From the NCBI RefSeq assembly GCF_018350175.1, contig NC_058377.1:102982001-103046000 (forward strand): a DNA stretch of 64,000 bases, in the 5' to 3' direction. A program made the translations under genes and the position numbers. Origin of the DNA: Felis catus (taxonomy: Eukaryota). Below are positions 50,770-63,650 of this stretch, one piece after another; within the stretch, counting starts at the first letter, position 1; each line of letters opens with the position of its first letter. Below the pieces are notes generated by a model. It saw nothing but the letters and a program-made list of their open reading frames with translations. It was not told the origin of the DNA and did not search any database.

Positions 50770-53318
50770 CAGAGGTAAAAGTTGAGCAATCGAGAAAACA
50801 GGTGAAGGTGGCTAAAGGTACAAATACCTAGTTATAAGATAAATAAGTACTAGGGATGTGACATACACCACGATTACTATAATTAACAACACGAATACGT
50901 ACACTTGAAAGTTTCTAAGATGTTAGATCTTAAAAGTGCTCATCTCAGGATAAAATGTTGTAACTATGTGATGTCATAGATGTTAGTCAAACATCGTTGC
51001 CATCATTTCAAATAATTATGTTATATATCTTAAACTTATATAATGTGATTTAGCAATTATATCTTAAAAAGCTGGAAAAAACAAAATTTGAAATCACTCA
51101 AGGTAACTAACCATTTTAATAGATTGAGGAGAAAGAACACATTAAGTTACCTGATTTATTAATTCAGAAAAAGCATTTAACAAAATCTCCAGTGCCTTCA
51201 TGATAAAAGCAACCAGAAATCTGATAGAAGTGAACTTCCTCAAAAGTAGAAAGAGTACTAATGAAAAGCCCACAACTAACATCATACTCAAATGTGAAAG
51301 AGTGAAATCCTTCCCTGTAACATCACATATTAAGCAAGGATGCCTGCTTTCACTACTTACTTTCAAAGTTGTACTGAAAGTTCTATCTAGAGTAATTACA
51401 TAAGAAAATAAGAGTTAGAAGGCATATAAATTGGAAAGGAAGAAGAAAACCCGTATGATTTTCAGATGATATCTCACATAGAGAAAATCCAAAAGAATGT
51501 ACAAGAAACTATTAGCTAACAAACTTATTCACCGAACAAAAATATGTAGTGCTTACATACACTAGCAATAAACAATCCCAGAAGAAAATGAAGGAAAAAT
51601 TCCACAATAGCCTCCTTATGTTAAAATACAGAGGAATAATCTTAACCAAGGGTGAAAGTGTTGTACGCTGAGACTACAGAATAAATTGTTGAAATTCAGG
51701 AAGGCCTAAATAGGTGGAAAGACATTCTGTGTTCACAGATTGGGTCATATGATACTGTTTACTGGCAATACTTTCCAAAGTGATCTACAGTTTTGATGTA
51801 ATCCCTCTCATAATTCTAATGACCACAAGGAGAAAGGCTATTACGAAAATTCAAATGGAATTTTGAGGGACCATCAACAGCCAAAACAATATTGAGAAGG
51901 AAGAACAAAGCGGGAGGACTCACCCTTCTGGATTTCGAAACTAATACAAATCTAAATTAATCAAAGCAATTTGATATTGCCTCAAGGATAGTGATGTCGG
52001 TCAAGTGAATAGAATTGAGAGACAAGAAATAAACCCATGTGTCTATTGCCAGTTGATTTTTGACAAAAATGCTAAGTTCATTCAATGGCAAAAGAAATCT
52101 TCAACAAATGGGCTGGGACAGCTGGATATCCACATGTAAGAGTGAAGTTGAATCCCTTCTCACAGCATATGTAAAACTCAACACAAAATGGTTGATGACT
52201 GAAATATGAGAGCTAAAAACATAAAACCATTAGAGAATGTGAGAAAAGTTCCAGACCTTGGATTGGGCAATGGTTTCTTATGCATTACATCAAAAACACA
52301 AGCAACAAAAGAAAAAAGAGATAAGATGAACTTCTTCAAAATTACAAACCTTTGTATATCAAAGTATATTTTCAAGAAAATGAAAAGAACGGCTTCAGAA
52401 TGGGAGAAAAAAATTTGCAAATCACATTACTGATAAGGCTGCAATATGCAGGCTACATGAAGGACTCTTACAACTCAACAACAGAGAAACCAATAGACCC
52501 GTTGAAAAATTGGCAAAGTCCTTGAACAGACATTTCTCCAAAGAAGATTTACTCAAAGCCAATAAGCACATGGAAGTATGCTCAAAATCATTAGGCATTA
52601 GGGAAAAGTAAATCAAAACCATGAGATACCATTTCACACCCATTAGGATGGTGTGTAAAAGAAAATGGAAACTAACAAATAGTAGCAAGAATGTGGGTAA
52701 ATAGGAACCCTTGTATGTTGCTGGTGGGAAAGAAAAATGCAACATTTGCTGTGAAAAACAGTTTCATGGTCTTCAAAAGGTAAGCATAGAATTACCGTAT
52801 AAACCAGCCATTCTGTTCCTAGTAGTATCACCCAAGAATGAAAACAGGTCCTCAAATAACACTTGTGCACGAATACAAATATTTCTGCTGCATTATTAAC
52901 AATTGCCAATAGGTGAAAACCATCCAAATGTCTACCAATTGAGAATGGATGAAAAGATGTGGTATATATGTACACTGGGGTATTGTTCAGCCATAAAAAG
53001 AAATGAAGCATTGATACATGCTACAACACAGATAAGCCTCAAAAACAATGAATTGAGTAAAAGAAGTCAGACATAAAAGATCACTTATTATATGATTCTG
53101 TTTACATGAGATATCCATAATAGGTAAATCCATAGGTTATTGGTTCCCAGGGACAGGGGGCCTTCATGGGTACAGGATATTCTTTGTGAATAAAAAAAAG
53201 TCTTTTGGAATTAAATTGAGGTGATGGTTGCAGAACATTGTTAATGTGCTAAATACTACTGAGTTGCACAATTTAAAACAGTAGATTTTTTTATGCTAAT
53301 CTCACATACATTAAAAAA
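50770..53318 (+). mobile_element. Old L1 fragments: L1MA-like 3' end (about 50770-51075) then L1MB-like ORF2 3' half plus 3'UTR
   Basis: Relic peptides EKPTTNIILKCERVKSFP..KQGCLLS and DLGLGNGFL..KTQATKEK; typical 3'UTR. Confidence 0.85.
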
Positions 53319-53324
53319 GGCCAG

Positions 53325-53602
53325 GCAGAGGGAAATTAAACAGACAAGAGGAGGAGAAAATAATGTGATCACAAAGGCAGGAACTGATGGAAATACCACT
53401 GAGGAATGCTGGCGGTCACCTGCAGATGAAATACACCAGGGACGGAGTCTCCCCTAGAGACTCCCAAGACTGAGATCTTTGTTTCATCCCAGTGAAACTG
53501 ATTTCCAACAACCGGCCTCCAGAACTGCGAGAAAACAAATGTGTGTGGTTTTAAGGTCCCAGAGTGTGGTCATTTGTTACAGCAACCATAGAAAACTAAC
53601 AT
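53325..53602 (+). mobile_element. MaLR LTR 3' part (MLT1-like)
   Basis: GGCCTCCAGAACTGCGAGAAAACAAAT...GTGGTCATTTGTTACAGCAACCATAGAAAACTAA. Confidence 0.75.
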
Positions 53603-55584
53603 AAAATCTTTATTATCTTTGCTGTGTTCAACCACTGGGTTTTCAATTTAACGTGTTCCTGCAGTATGAGCTAGCATGCTTTGTTGTCTGTGTTCTGTTT
53701 TTACAAACAGATGATGAGTTTTTCTGTTTGGTGTCAGTTCCTCTTCTCATGCAGTTATTCATTCCTTAAAATCTTTTACTGAGCCTCAGCTCTGAACTCT
53801 CAAGAATCTTTGTTAGTGAACAAATCAGAAATTGTTCCCGGCTGCATAGAACTTTTATTCTAATAGAGAAAACAAATGAAAGGAGTAAACACACAAAAAT
53901 GAATAAGCAATATTTTGACCACTGTTTGTGAAGAAGATAGAGATAAATATTTGTGCCCTTTTTTTCCCCATGTAAATTTGTTCCTATACAGAATCACATT
54001 TCATTAGCTACTCTTGAGCTCTATGGAATAAACATTAGTCTAGACTCTGAGAATACATATCTAAATGAGATAACGTCTGTGGGCTCAAAAGTCTTGCAAT
54101 TCAGTGCTACAACTAAACCTATAAAAACAAAGCAATATAATATAATATAAGTTTTAGTAGTTCTATGGAGAAGGTTGGCATATTAGATGATTGAAAGAGA
54201 GATAAGAAAAGGAACAGAAGGGAAAGGATGTTGACATGTTTTGAGCAGCTACTCTGTTCCAGGCACCGTGCTACAGTCTGGCTCATTCAGTGCCTGTTTA
54301 ATAGAAGTCTGTGAGAGAGGCAGTAGTTTCCCCATTAGAAACTCAGAACACTTACATAACTTGCCCTACATCACAAAGTTTGGTTTGGAATGGAATTCAC
54401 ATTGGATTTGTTCTCTCTCCGAAACGTGTGCTAAGTTGGCGCTAGCCATTTTGGTTATGATTTGGAGGCTGGTGAGTTTTCAAAAGAAATCATTGTAGAA
54501 TCAAGTTATGTTGGAGAAATTTGATAGTTCTCTCAGCATAAATCCTCCCCACCCCCATAACATCCTCCAGATGATCTTATGGGGAGCTCTCTGAATCTGT
54601 TAGGGTCAATAATACTAGCTGCCAAGCAAGCAAACTGCAAACAGCAGTGACATGACCATAGAGGTCTTTCGCACTTGCATATTGTTCCATTAGTTGTTCT
54701 GGGGGAATCTCTACAGAGATTCAGTTGACCCTGATTCTTTCCATTAGTAATTTTGTCATCTCTTGTGGTCTGAATCCTCTCCACCCAGCTGGTGACAAAG
54801 AAAAAGAATGAACAGGACATCACCTGGAGAGTTTTGTGGTCCAGACTCGGAAGCAGCATGTATGACCTGTACTCACATTCCATGGCTAAGAACACAAACA
54901 TATGGTCAAAATTAATTGTATGAAGGCAGAGGAACAGAGCCTATGTTTTTTCCAGGAGTAAAAAAGAAATAGTTTGGGAAAATAACTAACCAGTCTTTTC
55001 CATTGTAATGCTTATGATCATCAAATATTCATCTTATACCTCCTTTCCTACAGAAAATTTCTTATTCACCTCCACCAGGGAGACAACCTAAATCCCAACT
55101 AATTAATATAGAAGCACAATGTCCAGGCTATTTGAGAGGTTAAAAGGTCTTCTCCACCCAGTCCTTGTGTGGCTCCTTGTTGCCTAGTAACTTATGCACT
55201 AAAAGGAAAACTTAGCTTCTTCCACATTCATTCCCAATAAATAAAATTGGACTAGAGTAAAGATAATGGGAAAAAAAGGAGCTCCCATTCAGAATAGATA
55301 GTAATGGAAGGCGCACAGATTTCAATTTAGAAATCTTATGGAATCGACATTTTGAAGGCCCCTCAACCCTGGTGATGGGGTATATTTCTTTATAAGACCC
55401 TGATTTTTCTTTTTGGAAAAAAATCCCATTTTCTATTAGTTTCCTTAGTACCCGGTCCAATCTCTTAAATGTTTTTTTTAATACATTATTTTTTTAACCT
55501 CTTTTGAAATATATCAGAGAAATAACTATGTCCATTGCCATATTAACAAACAACAACATCAGCATCACAGTTTGGTAGTTTTTG

Positions 55585-55789
55585 TTTTTTTTTTTAGTTT
55601 ATTTCTTTATTTTGAGAGAGAGCATGAGCAGGGTGGGGGCTCAGAGAGAGAGGGAGAGAGAGAATCCAAGCAGTCTTGGTGTCTTCAGCATGGAGCCCGG
55701 TGCGGGGCTCATACTCACAAACTGTGAGATCATGACCTGAGCTGAAATCAAGAGTCAGTTGGTCAACTGACTGAGCTACCCGGATGCCC
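55585..55789 (-). mobile_element. Can-SINE
   Basis: SINEC body; TSD AGTTTGGTAGTTTTT. Confidence 0.9.
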
Positions 55790-56240
55790 TAAAGTTTGGT
55801 AGTTTTTTATTTAGTTATCTTGTTAGATTTATAACTATTTGATTTGGGGGCTGCTAATAGGAAAGGCCTCATGTTTTTAATTTCAGTTCCTGTTTGTCCA
55901 TTTCAGTATATAAGAAAGTGATCAAATTTAGTATATTAGCCTTGCATCCAACAATCATTCTATAATCACTTATTAGTCCACTATTAATCACTTATTATGT
56001 TCTTTTCTCCTATTTTCCCCTATTTTTTATGTAGGCATTCATGTCACCTGTGAACAAAACCCAGTTTTTATTTATTCCTTCCCAAGTCTCCGCGTCATGA
56101 GATTCCATTCGTGTACCGTAGGGATGGAGGAAAGCTCAGTGATTTCCACAGATGAAGGAGTAGGGACTGGCAGTCTATAACAGAAATGGAAGGGAAATAT
56201 TAGAATTATAATGTATTCTCCCTGGTACAGTGCTGGTATG

Positions 56241-56274
56241 ACACTTGATCTTAGCCAAAAGGCTGAGAAGTGAT
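56241..56274 (-). pseudogene. 3'-truncated U2 snRNA retropseudogene (nt 1-34)
   Basis: Minus strand ATCACTTCTCAGCCTTTTGGCTAAGATCAAGTGT is the U2 5' end with two CpG-decay changes; flanking repeat GT(A/G)CAGTGCTGGT. Confidence 0.9.
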
Positions 56275-56430
56275 AGTGCAGTGCTGGTGAACACAATGCT
56301 CTGCATTTGTTAAAACCCTTAAAACCCTACATGGCAGAGTAAAATTAATATATACAAAGCTTGGGTTCCTAGTGTTACAAATGCCCCATGGTAATATAAA
56401 ATTCCTTTTTAGAGGAGACCAGGTGAGAGT

Positions 56431-57137
56431 TGTATTCATTTTCTATGGCTGTTATAACAAATGACCACAAACCTAGAAGCTTATGCAGCACGTATTAATT
56501 CCTTCACAGTCTAGAATCCAAAAGTCCAAATCGGGTTCTCTGGACAAAAGTCAGTGTGTTAGAAGAGCCATGCTCCCTCCATAGGCTCTAAGACAAAATC
56601 CATTTCTCTCCTCTTCCATTTTCTTTTTTTTTAATTTTTATTTATTTATTTTTTTTAAATTTTTTTTAACATTTATTTATTTTTGAGACACAGAGAGAGA
56701 GAGCATGAACAGGGGAGGGTCAGAGGAAGAGGGAGACATAGAATCTGAAACAGGCTCCAGGCTCTGAGCTGTCAGCACAGAGCCCGACGCGGGGCTCGAA
56801 CCCACAGACCATGAGATCATGACCTGAGCCTAAGTCGGACACTTAACCAACTGAGCCACCCAGGCACCCCTCCTCTTCCATTTTCTGATGGCTGTTGTCA
56901 TCCATGATTTGTGGTCACATCACTTCATCTACTTCCAATGTCACATTGTCTACTCTTTTATCTGTGGTCAAACTTCTTATAATTATACGTGGGATTTCCT
57001 TCCTGGTCCACACAGAAAATATGGGATATAATCTTTAAGTTAATCAACTCTACATAGTCCTTTTAGGCCATATAAGGTAACCTTGGAAGATTCCAGAAAT
57101 TAGGACGTGGATCAAGTCATTATTCAGATTGCCACAG
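56431..57137 (-). mobile_element. MaLR LTR (MLT1-like) with a Can-SINE inserted (about 56625-56870)
   Basis: TGTATTCATTTTCTATGGCTGTTATAACAAATGACCACAAA ... ATTATTCAGATTGCCACA; SINE TSD TCCTCTTCCATTTTCT. Confidence 0.8.
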
Positions 57138-57624
57138 GGTTACATTGAACATTCTGCACTGTTCTGAAAATTTTCTGTAACTCTAAAATAGTTCTAAAAT
57201 GAAACAATTATTTAAGATAATTATAAAAATTTAGGTAATAATGTTTTTGACAGGAGAAATATTACCATAAACGTAGAAGTGAATGTTTGTGTCATATTAC
57301 ACTGCCCCCAAATAGTAGGATGAAAATACTAGTATATTCAAGCACAGTCTTACAAATACTGAAATATCAAAGCCTCTTATTATCTAGAGGTAACAACTTA
57401 GTTGAGAATACATATTTATGTGGGTAGATTTTTATAGTACAAAGCTTTCTGAGGATCAAAATTAAAAACATAAATATTGTGCATTATACTAGCATATTGA
57501 ATGTACATTATCTTTATTATTGACAGATATTGTCATATATATTTCTATGTAGATATCTAGAATCATTTCAGTTAATTATATTTCATACATATGAAGTAAT
57601 TTTCAAATATAATGGGATACTAAC

Positions 57625-57801
57625 CTTTAAATAATTTTTTTGAGAACAAGAGAGAGAGAGAGAGGGAGAGAGAGAGAATTTCAAACAGGCTCCACATTCT
57701 GTGTGGAGCCCAATGGAGGGCTTGATCCCACGACCCAGGATCATGACCTGCGCCAAAATCAAGAGTTGGACACTGAACCGATTGAGCCACCCAGGTGTTC
57801 C
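57625..57801 (-). mobile_element. Can-SINE (older subfamily)
   Basis: ATTGAGCCACCCAGGTGTTCC head complement, (GA)n. Confidence 0.85.
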
Positions 57802-58399
57802 AACACTTCAAATAATTTTAAACTTAATGTCTTTTTATGATTTACTAAAGAGTATTTATTTGATATGTTACTTCCCATTTAATGAGGCATCACTTCAAAA
57901 TAAAAATTATAGAATTGTTTCAGATGATTCACTTGATTATGGGATCCAGGAAATCATTGTGCCCAAACTTTGGAGTACAAACACTGAGTGAGATAAAAAT
58001 ATTTCAGCAAAGCATAAAATAAGCTGTGCCCCCTTAGGGTAGATACACTCATTTAGTAGCATATTACTTTAAGTATATTCTCAAGGTTATTCTTAAGTTA
58101 GGACTCTTCGAACAGCATTCAACTAACGAAATAAAAATATTGGACATAAATTTCTATTCTAATACATGAATTAAATATTTAAATTATTATTATTAAAAAC
58201 TAACAACATTCCAGTTAATTCTGGGAAATTCCCTACTCCAATGTGTATGTATCCTCATGGGCACATAAGGATATGTGCCCTTCTGTTCATGGTCTCATTT
58301 GTGTCCCTATTTTATGTGTTTCTGCATTGATGTGGTAGAAACAAATTCATGTAGAATAAATGAATAAATCAATACCTGCTTTTACAAGTAGGCCCCAGA

Positions 58400-58600
58400 C
58401 GATTTTTTTTTTTTGACAGAGAGAGATGGGGAGCCAGTGAGCAAAGGGCAGAGAAAGAGAAGCAGAGCTCACTTAAGTGGGGCTCCAGCTCACCCAAGAC
58501 GTGGCTCCAGCTCACCCGATCTGGGACTCCAACTCAAGAACCCTGAGATCATGACCTGAGCAGAGGTCACATGCTTAATGCCTGAGCCACCCAGGCCCAG
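58400..58600 (-). mobile_element. Diverged Can-SINE in the 3' flank/UTR of OR5B gene 4
   Basis: GAGATCATGACCTGAGC...CTGAGCCACCCAGG. Confidence 0.75.
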
Positions 58601-58767
58601 GCACTGAGACATCTTAATCATTCTTGTTCAGGTTATTACATTTCTGGACATATGTTTTTTTCCTTCAGGATAAGAGGCATTGAATAAGCAAAGATATCAC
58701 TTCAGAAACTTAATTTAACGGTGGTCTTAATGAAACTAGATTAGTATACGTTGTACAATGTTAAAAA

Positions 58768-59706
58768 TCACAATCTTAAAGATAATTTTGTCTCTGAAAT
58801 GACCTTCATGAGTGCACTCTTAACCTCTTTGTTCCTCAGGCTATAGACCACAGGGTTCAGCATGGGGATGACCATGGTGTAGAACACAGATGCCATTTTG
58901 TCTGTGTCCATGGAATGGCTGGAACTGGGCTGTAAGTACATAAAAATGAGTGTCCCATAGAAGATGGAGACTGCAGAGAGGTGAGAAGCACAGGTAGATA
59001 AAGCCTTCTGATATCCTGTAGATGAGTGCATCTTTAGGATGGTGATAAATATGAATATGTAGGAAATCAAGATGACCATGAGAGCAAAAAAGCTGTTGAA
59101 GCTCACTACATAAACAAGAACCAGCTCACTGACACGTCTATCAGAGCAAGAAAGAACCACGACTGCAGGCACATCACAGAAAAAATGATGAATCACATTG
59201 GACATACAAAAGGAGAGTCTGAACGTGTCTCCAGTGTGGATAGAGGCATTCAGGAAACCACAGGTGTAGGAACCTATGGCCAGACATGCACACACACCTG
59301 TCGTCATGGTGGTGGTGTAATGGAGGGGTTTGCACACTGCTGCATAGCGGTCATAGGCCATTGAAGCNNNNNNNNNNNNNNNNNNNNNNNNNNNNNNNNN
59401 NNNNNNNNNNNNNNNNNNNNNNNNNNNNNNNNNNNNNNNNNNNNNNNNNNNNNNNNNNNNNNNNNNNNNNNNNNNNNNNNNNNNNNNNNNNNNNNNNNNN
59501 NNNNNNNNNNNNNNNNNNNNNNNNNNNNNNNNNNNNNNNNNNNNNNNNNNNNNNGAGTCCAACAGAATCAACACTATTATCCCCAGGTTTCCAACCAGAG
59601 TGATGAGGTAGATGAGGGTGAACACGATAAAGAGGGGAACCTGCAGTTCTGGATCACTGGTTAGTCCCAGCAAGATGAACTGCGTCACTTTTGTCCTGTT
59701 ATCCAT
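58768..59706 (-). CDS. Olfactory receptor OR5B-like, 312 aa, 187 nt masked (OR5B gene 4)
   Basis: MDNRT start, [50 protein letters not shown]; acceptor AG at 59729-59728. Confidence 0.88.
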   Translation of the reverse strand: MDNRTKVTQFILLGLTSDPELQVPLFIVFTLIYLITLVGNLGIIVLILLDXXXXXXXXXXXXXXXXXXXXXXXXXXXXXXXXXXXXXXXXXXXXXXXXXXXXXXXXXXXXXXXASMAYDRYAAVCKPLHYTTTMTTGVCACLAIGSYTCGFLNASIHTGDTFRLSFCMSNVIHHFFCDVPAVVVLSCSDRRVSELVLVYVVSFNSFFALMVILISYIFIFITILKMHSSTGYQKALSTCASHLSAVSIFYGTLIFMYLQPSSSHSMDTDKMASVFYTMVIPMLNPVVYSLRNKEVKSALMKVISETKLSLRL

Positions 59707-60108
59707 CAGTGTTGAGAACCACAAACACTATGGCAATGAGAAGAAAGAAATGGGTGATAAACCAAGAGACTTATATTGAAAAGTGTATACATACAGTATG
59801 TGTTATTTCATTAGAGCAGTAGCTTGTATATCAAGTTTCTCCAGATAAAAAAAAAAAATTAGCTTGACAACAAAAGTTAGCGCATTAATGATGTGTAGAT
59901 TTGCAAACTGTTGAATCTGAAGTATGGAGCATCTCCTCAATTCTAAAGTTTTAGAAATCTGTAAACTGAGACGTAGAGAATTAAATAACTTGATCAAGAT
60001 GGCTCATCCAGAAGGAATGTCTGGCCGTTCACTTCCCCCAAGCCTAGTGAAAGCAGGTACTTGCCCATGAATCACCCACCAGGAACTGCTGCAGACCCTG
60101 TAGAGGTA

Positions 60109-60571
60109 CAGACGGTCCCCAACCTACGATGATTCGATTTAATGATTTTTCCACTTTACGATGGTGCAACAGTGACACACATTCGATGCAAATCAAACTG
60201 TGACTTTTGAATTTTGACCTTTTCCCAGCCTACTGATGTGAAGCTTGACTCTCATGATGCTAGGCATTGGCACCAGCCACAGCCCCCAGTCAGCCACGCA
60301 AACATGAGGGTCAACAACCCAGACACTGGCAACCACTCTGTGGTTCACTTTCAGTACATTACATGAGATATTTATTAAAAAACAGACTTTGTGTGAGATG
60401 ATTTTGCCAACTGTAGACTTATGTAAGTGCTCAGAGTATGTTTGAGGTAGGAGAGGCTAAGCTATGATGTTCAGTAAGTCAGGTGTATTAAGTAAATTCT
60501 CAACTTACCATATTTTCAACTTACCATGGAGTTATTGAAACATAAGCTCATTGTAAGTCCTGGAAAATCTG
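60109..60571 (-). mobile_element. Tigger-family DNA transposon derivative (MER47/Tigger5-like)
   Basis: Inverted ends CAGACGGTCCCCAACCTACGATG and CATTGTAAGTCCTGGAAAATCTG, TA on both sides. Confidence 0.75.
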
Positions 60572-60646
60572 TATATTCCTTACATCCTCTCAAGAACATC
60601 ATGAGTTTAATTTGTTATTATGGTCATTTAAATTATGATGCACAAG

Positions 60647-61045
60647 AGGTTCCTGGGTGGCTGTCACTTGAGTGTCTGACTCTTGATTTTCGCTCTGGTC
60701 ATGAGATTGAGCCCTTGCATCAGGCTCCACGCTGATTCTCTTCCTGTCTCTCTGCCCCTTGCCTGCTTGTGCTCTCTCTCTCTAATACATAAATATGCAC
60801 AGGACATTGAGTAATTTTTTATATTTATTTATTGAAAAAATGTCTAATGTTTATTTGTTTTTGAGAGAGAGAGAGTGTGTGAGCAAGTGAGGGGCAGAGA
60901 GAGAGGGAGACATAGAATCCGAAGCAGGTTCCAGGCTCTGAGCTGTCAGCACAGAGCTCAAAGGCGGAGCTCGAACCCGTGCACCATGGGATCATGACCT
61001 GAGCCGAAGTTGGAGGTTTAACAGACTGACCCACCCACAGGCCCC
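60647..61045. mobile_element. Two tail-to-tail Can-SINEs (about 60647-60795 + and 60825-61045 -)
   Basis: Two SINEC heads pointing inwards. Confidence 0.85.
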
Positions 61046-62139
61046 AATTTTTTATATTTAAATGAGTATTAGTTGACAAGCCATGCTTTGAACCAACTTT
61101 TGAACCCACACTGAATGGTTCCTAAGATGACAGTCTAAAATGTATTGAAACGAAATTGAATTGAACTCAACTTACGATTGCTCATTGTCTCTACTGGTCC
61201 AAAATCAGATTGTGGTTTCCCACTGAAGTGTCTGAGAGACACGTGCATGGTGCACATGGTGGGCTACCTGGAGCCTGAGGAGCTGGGATAGTCAGTACTC
61301 CTGCATAGGAAGAGTACTATAAATCTGTTCACTTAAACTTGAAGCCTTGGAAGGGCATCCCTCTTCTGCTAACTACTCACATCTTCCTCCTAAACTTTGA
61401 CAATTTCCCGTACAATAGGGGAATTACTTGCCAACATTAGACATTGTGGACACTGTTTGCCAGCCTTAGCACACGTGTCCACTTGGATCCTATACTACAT
61501 TCTATAGCAATAATACAGCTTTATCTGCAAACGCATGTGTGTATACGTAGGTGGTATTATTATGCCTCCTTCACCATTGTGGAGCGTGAGGATTTGAGAA
61601 GTTATGCAATGCTCTAAAATACACAGCTAGCATGGGAAAGAGTCAAGATTCGAGAGTTAAATCCACTTTCTGTGTAACCAAAAGGCTCTGCTTTTAGCCA
61701 TTCGCTGTCAACATCTGTGGTTGTACTGGTGACGATAAGCTTGAAATTATAGGGGAAAGTTATAGGGAAATTATCGGGGATCTTGTTAATTCATATGAGG
61801 GATTTTGTAGTTTAAAGGTTATTTCACTCTTGCTCTTGCTTATTTGTGTCCAATGAGAGGCCAGCATTGAGTGACCAGGATGAAATCACCACTCTATCAA
61901 TTAGAGAATCATCTGTGGCTGTTTTGTTCATATCTTTAGCAAAGCAGGACGATGTTCCTTAAGTATCAACAAACTTCCTTCTGAAGGAAATTTTGACATG
62001 TATATGCCAGTCTCACCTCCGTAGTTTGGAAAAACATTGAAAACATCGATTTCTGTTCTTGAATAACTCAAAGTAAGCAGAGCTGCCCTACTGCTTTTGC
62101 ATAGATGACACTTGTCGTTAAAAATGTTTACAGAATATG

Positions 62140-62865
62140 GATGCTTACCTGTCTTCTGGGTGAACAGGGAGAGCCAATGATGAGTAACAGGTCTGAATCA
62201 AAATCTCAGCCATAGGATAATGCATAAATCTTACTACAGGAGCTCTCTCAGGACATGGTCATAAGGCTCCAAGGTCTCTGAGGCAGGGAAAAATGGAGGA
62301 AAGCATATTAATATGGTTCAATTTCTGAACCTACCATGCATTCCTTCTGTGTCCTTAGAGGAATCACTGGCTTCCTCCTTATTTGTAAAATAAAGATGAT
62401 AAGATTACCTCTTACATAATTCACAGACTTGTGTCTGTAAATAACAAGCAGGGAGGGTCTGTAAAACATCTCAGTAAGAAATTATCATTTTTGAAGTCAA
62501 TCGATGTGATTTTTCTCTTGGGGTGTTTCTCCTGAATGTGGTTGCAGGCTGATAGAGAATCCCCGATAAGACTTCTGTGCACTAGCAAGTTTAACATTCA
62601 TATGAATAAATGATCACCAAATGGGTTCAGCATGCAGACTGGTGCCTCTACAATGATGTCATGTGGAGTCATCTTGGGATTTCATTGGCTAATGCATGGG
62701 GATGTGGAGAGAATTATAGAGACACAGAGCTTCTCTGGGAATTTCCCCTAGGAGAACATTTCCAGCACCTCATCCCACCTTCTCAGGATGGAAGCAATTA
62801 AACAGCCTGTGGGAGCCACTCTGGTTATTTTCACTGAACACACACGTTTTTGTTATTACTTGTTA
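62140..62865 (-). promoter_or_regulatory. OR5B gene 4 upstream module: splice donor, 5' exon and promoter core
   Basis: CAG|GTAAGC (GT at 62148-62147); TTCTCTGGGA, TTCCCCTAGGAGA, CAATTAAACAGCCTGTGGGAG. Confidence 0.72.
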
Positions 62866-62869
62866 TTTT

Positions 62870-63650
62870 TGTCAGTTTATAATTAATGCATGATTTCCAT
62901 ACAGTAACATCCACAATCTTAGCATATAGTTTTAGGAATATTGTCAGATTCATGTCAAGTAAGCACTATCACCTAAAAAAATTCATACAAACCTCTCTGT
63001 GTAAACCCATTCTCCCACTCACTGCCCCTGGAAACCCATAAACTCTTTTGTCCAAATAAAGTCACCTTTTCTAGAGTGTCCTTACCCGTAATCTTAGAAC
63101 ATGTACTGCGTAGGTCTATAATTTTTCACTTAGCATTTGAGGCCCATCTGTATCGTTTCCTGTATCAAAGGAGAATATTTTTACTGCGGAGTAGAATTTT
63201 ACTATCTGGTTGTTACTGATGGTTTATCTTATTCTTAGTTGAAGAACATTTGTGTTGGTGTTAGTGTTTTGTGATTACAAATAAAGCTGATTTAAACATC
63301 TGCCTCAAGTTTTTTTGTTTGTTTGTTTTCACGGCAAAAATTCTTATTTTTTAATGGAAATGTAGCTAGCAGAAAATGTTACATTAGTTTCAAACATACA
63401 CCACAGTGATTCAACAACTCTATGCATTATGCTCTGCTCACAATTGTAGCTACAGCCTGTCCCCATGCAGCACCATTACAATACCATTGACTGTATTCCC
63501 TGGGCTGCACCTTCTATCCTTGTGACATATTCGTTCCATTCCTGGAAGACTGAATCTCCCACTCCTCTTCACCTATTTTGCCCTTCCCCCACATGGCTCT
63601 CCACTGGCAACCACCAGTTTGTTCTCTGTATACATGGGTCTCTTTTAGCT
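62870..63650 (-). mobile_element. Old L1 3' ends (L1ME-like, then L1MA/L1_Carn-like from about 63345)
   Basis: CCCCTGGAAACC, ACATTAGTTTCAAACATACACCACAGTGATT, CTGGCAACCACCAGTTTGTTCTCTGTAT. Confidence 0.7.

Larger units (their letters stand above)
5952..59554. other. Six N runs: 5952-6148, 9067-9418, 25876-26095, 32662-32793, 38359-38490, 59368-59554
   Basis: Directly visible. Confidence 0.97.
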
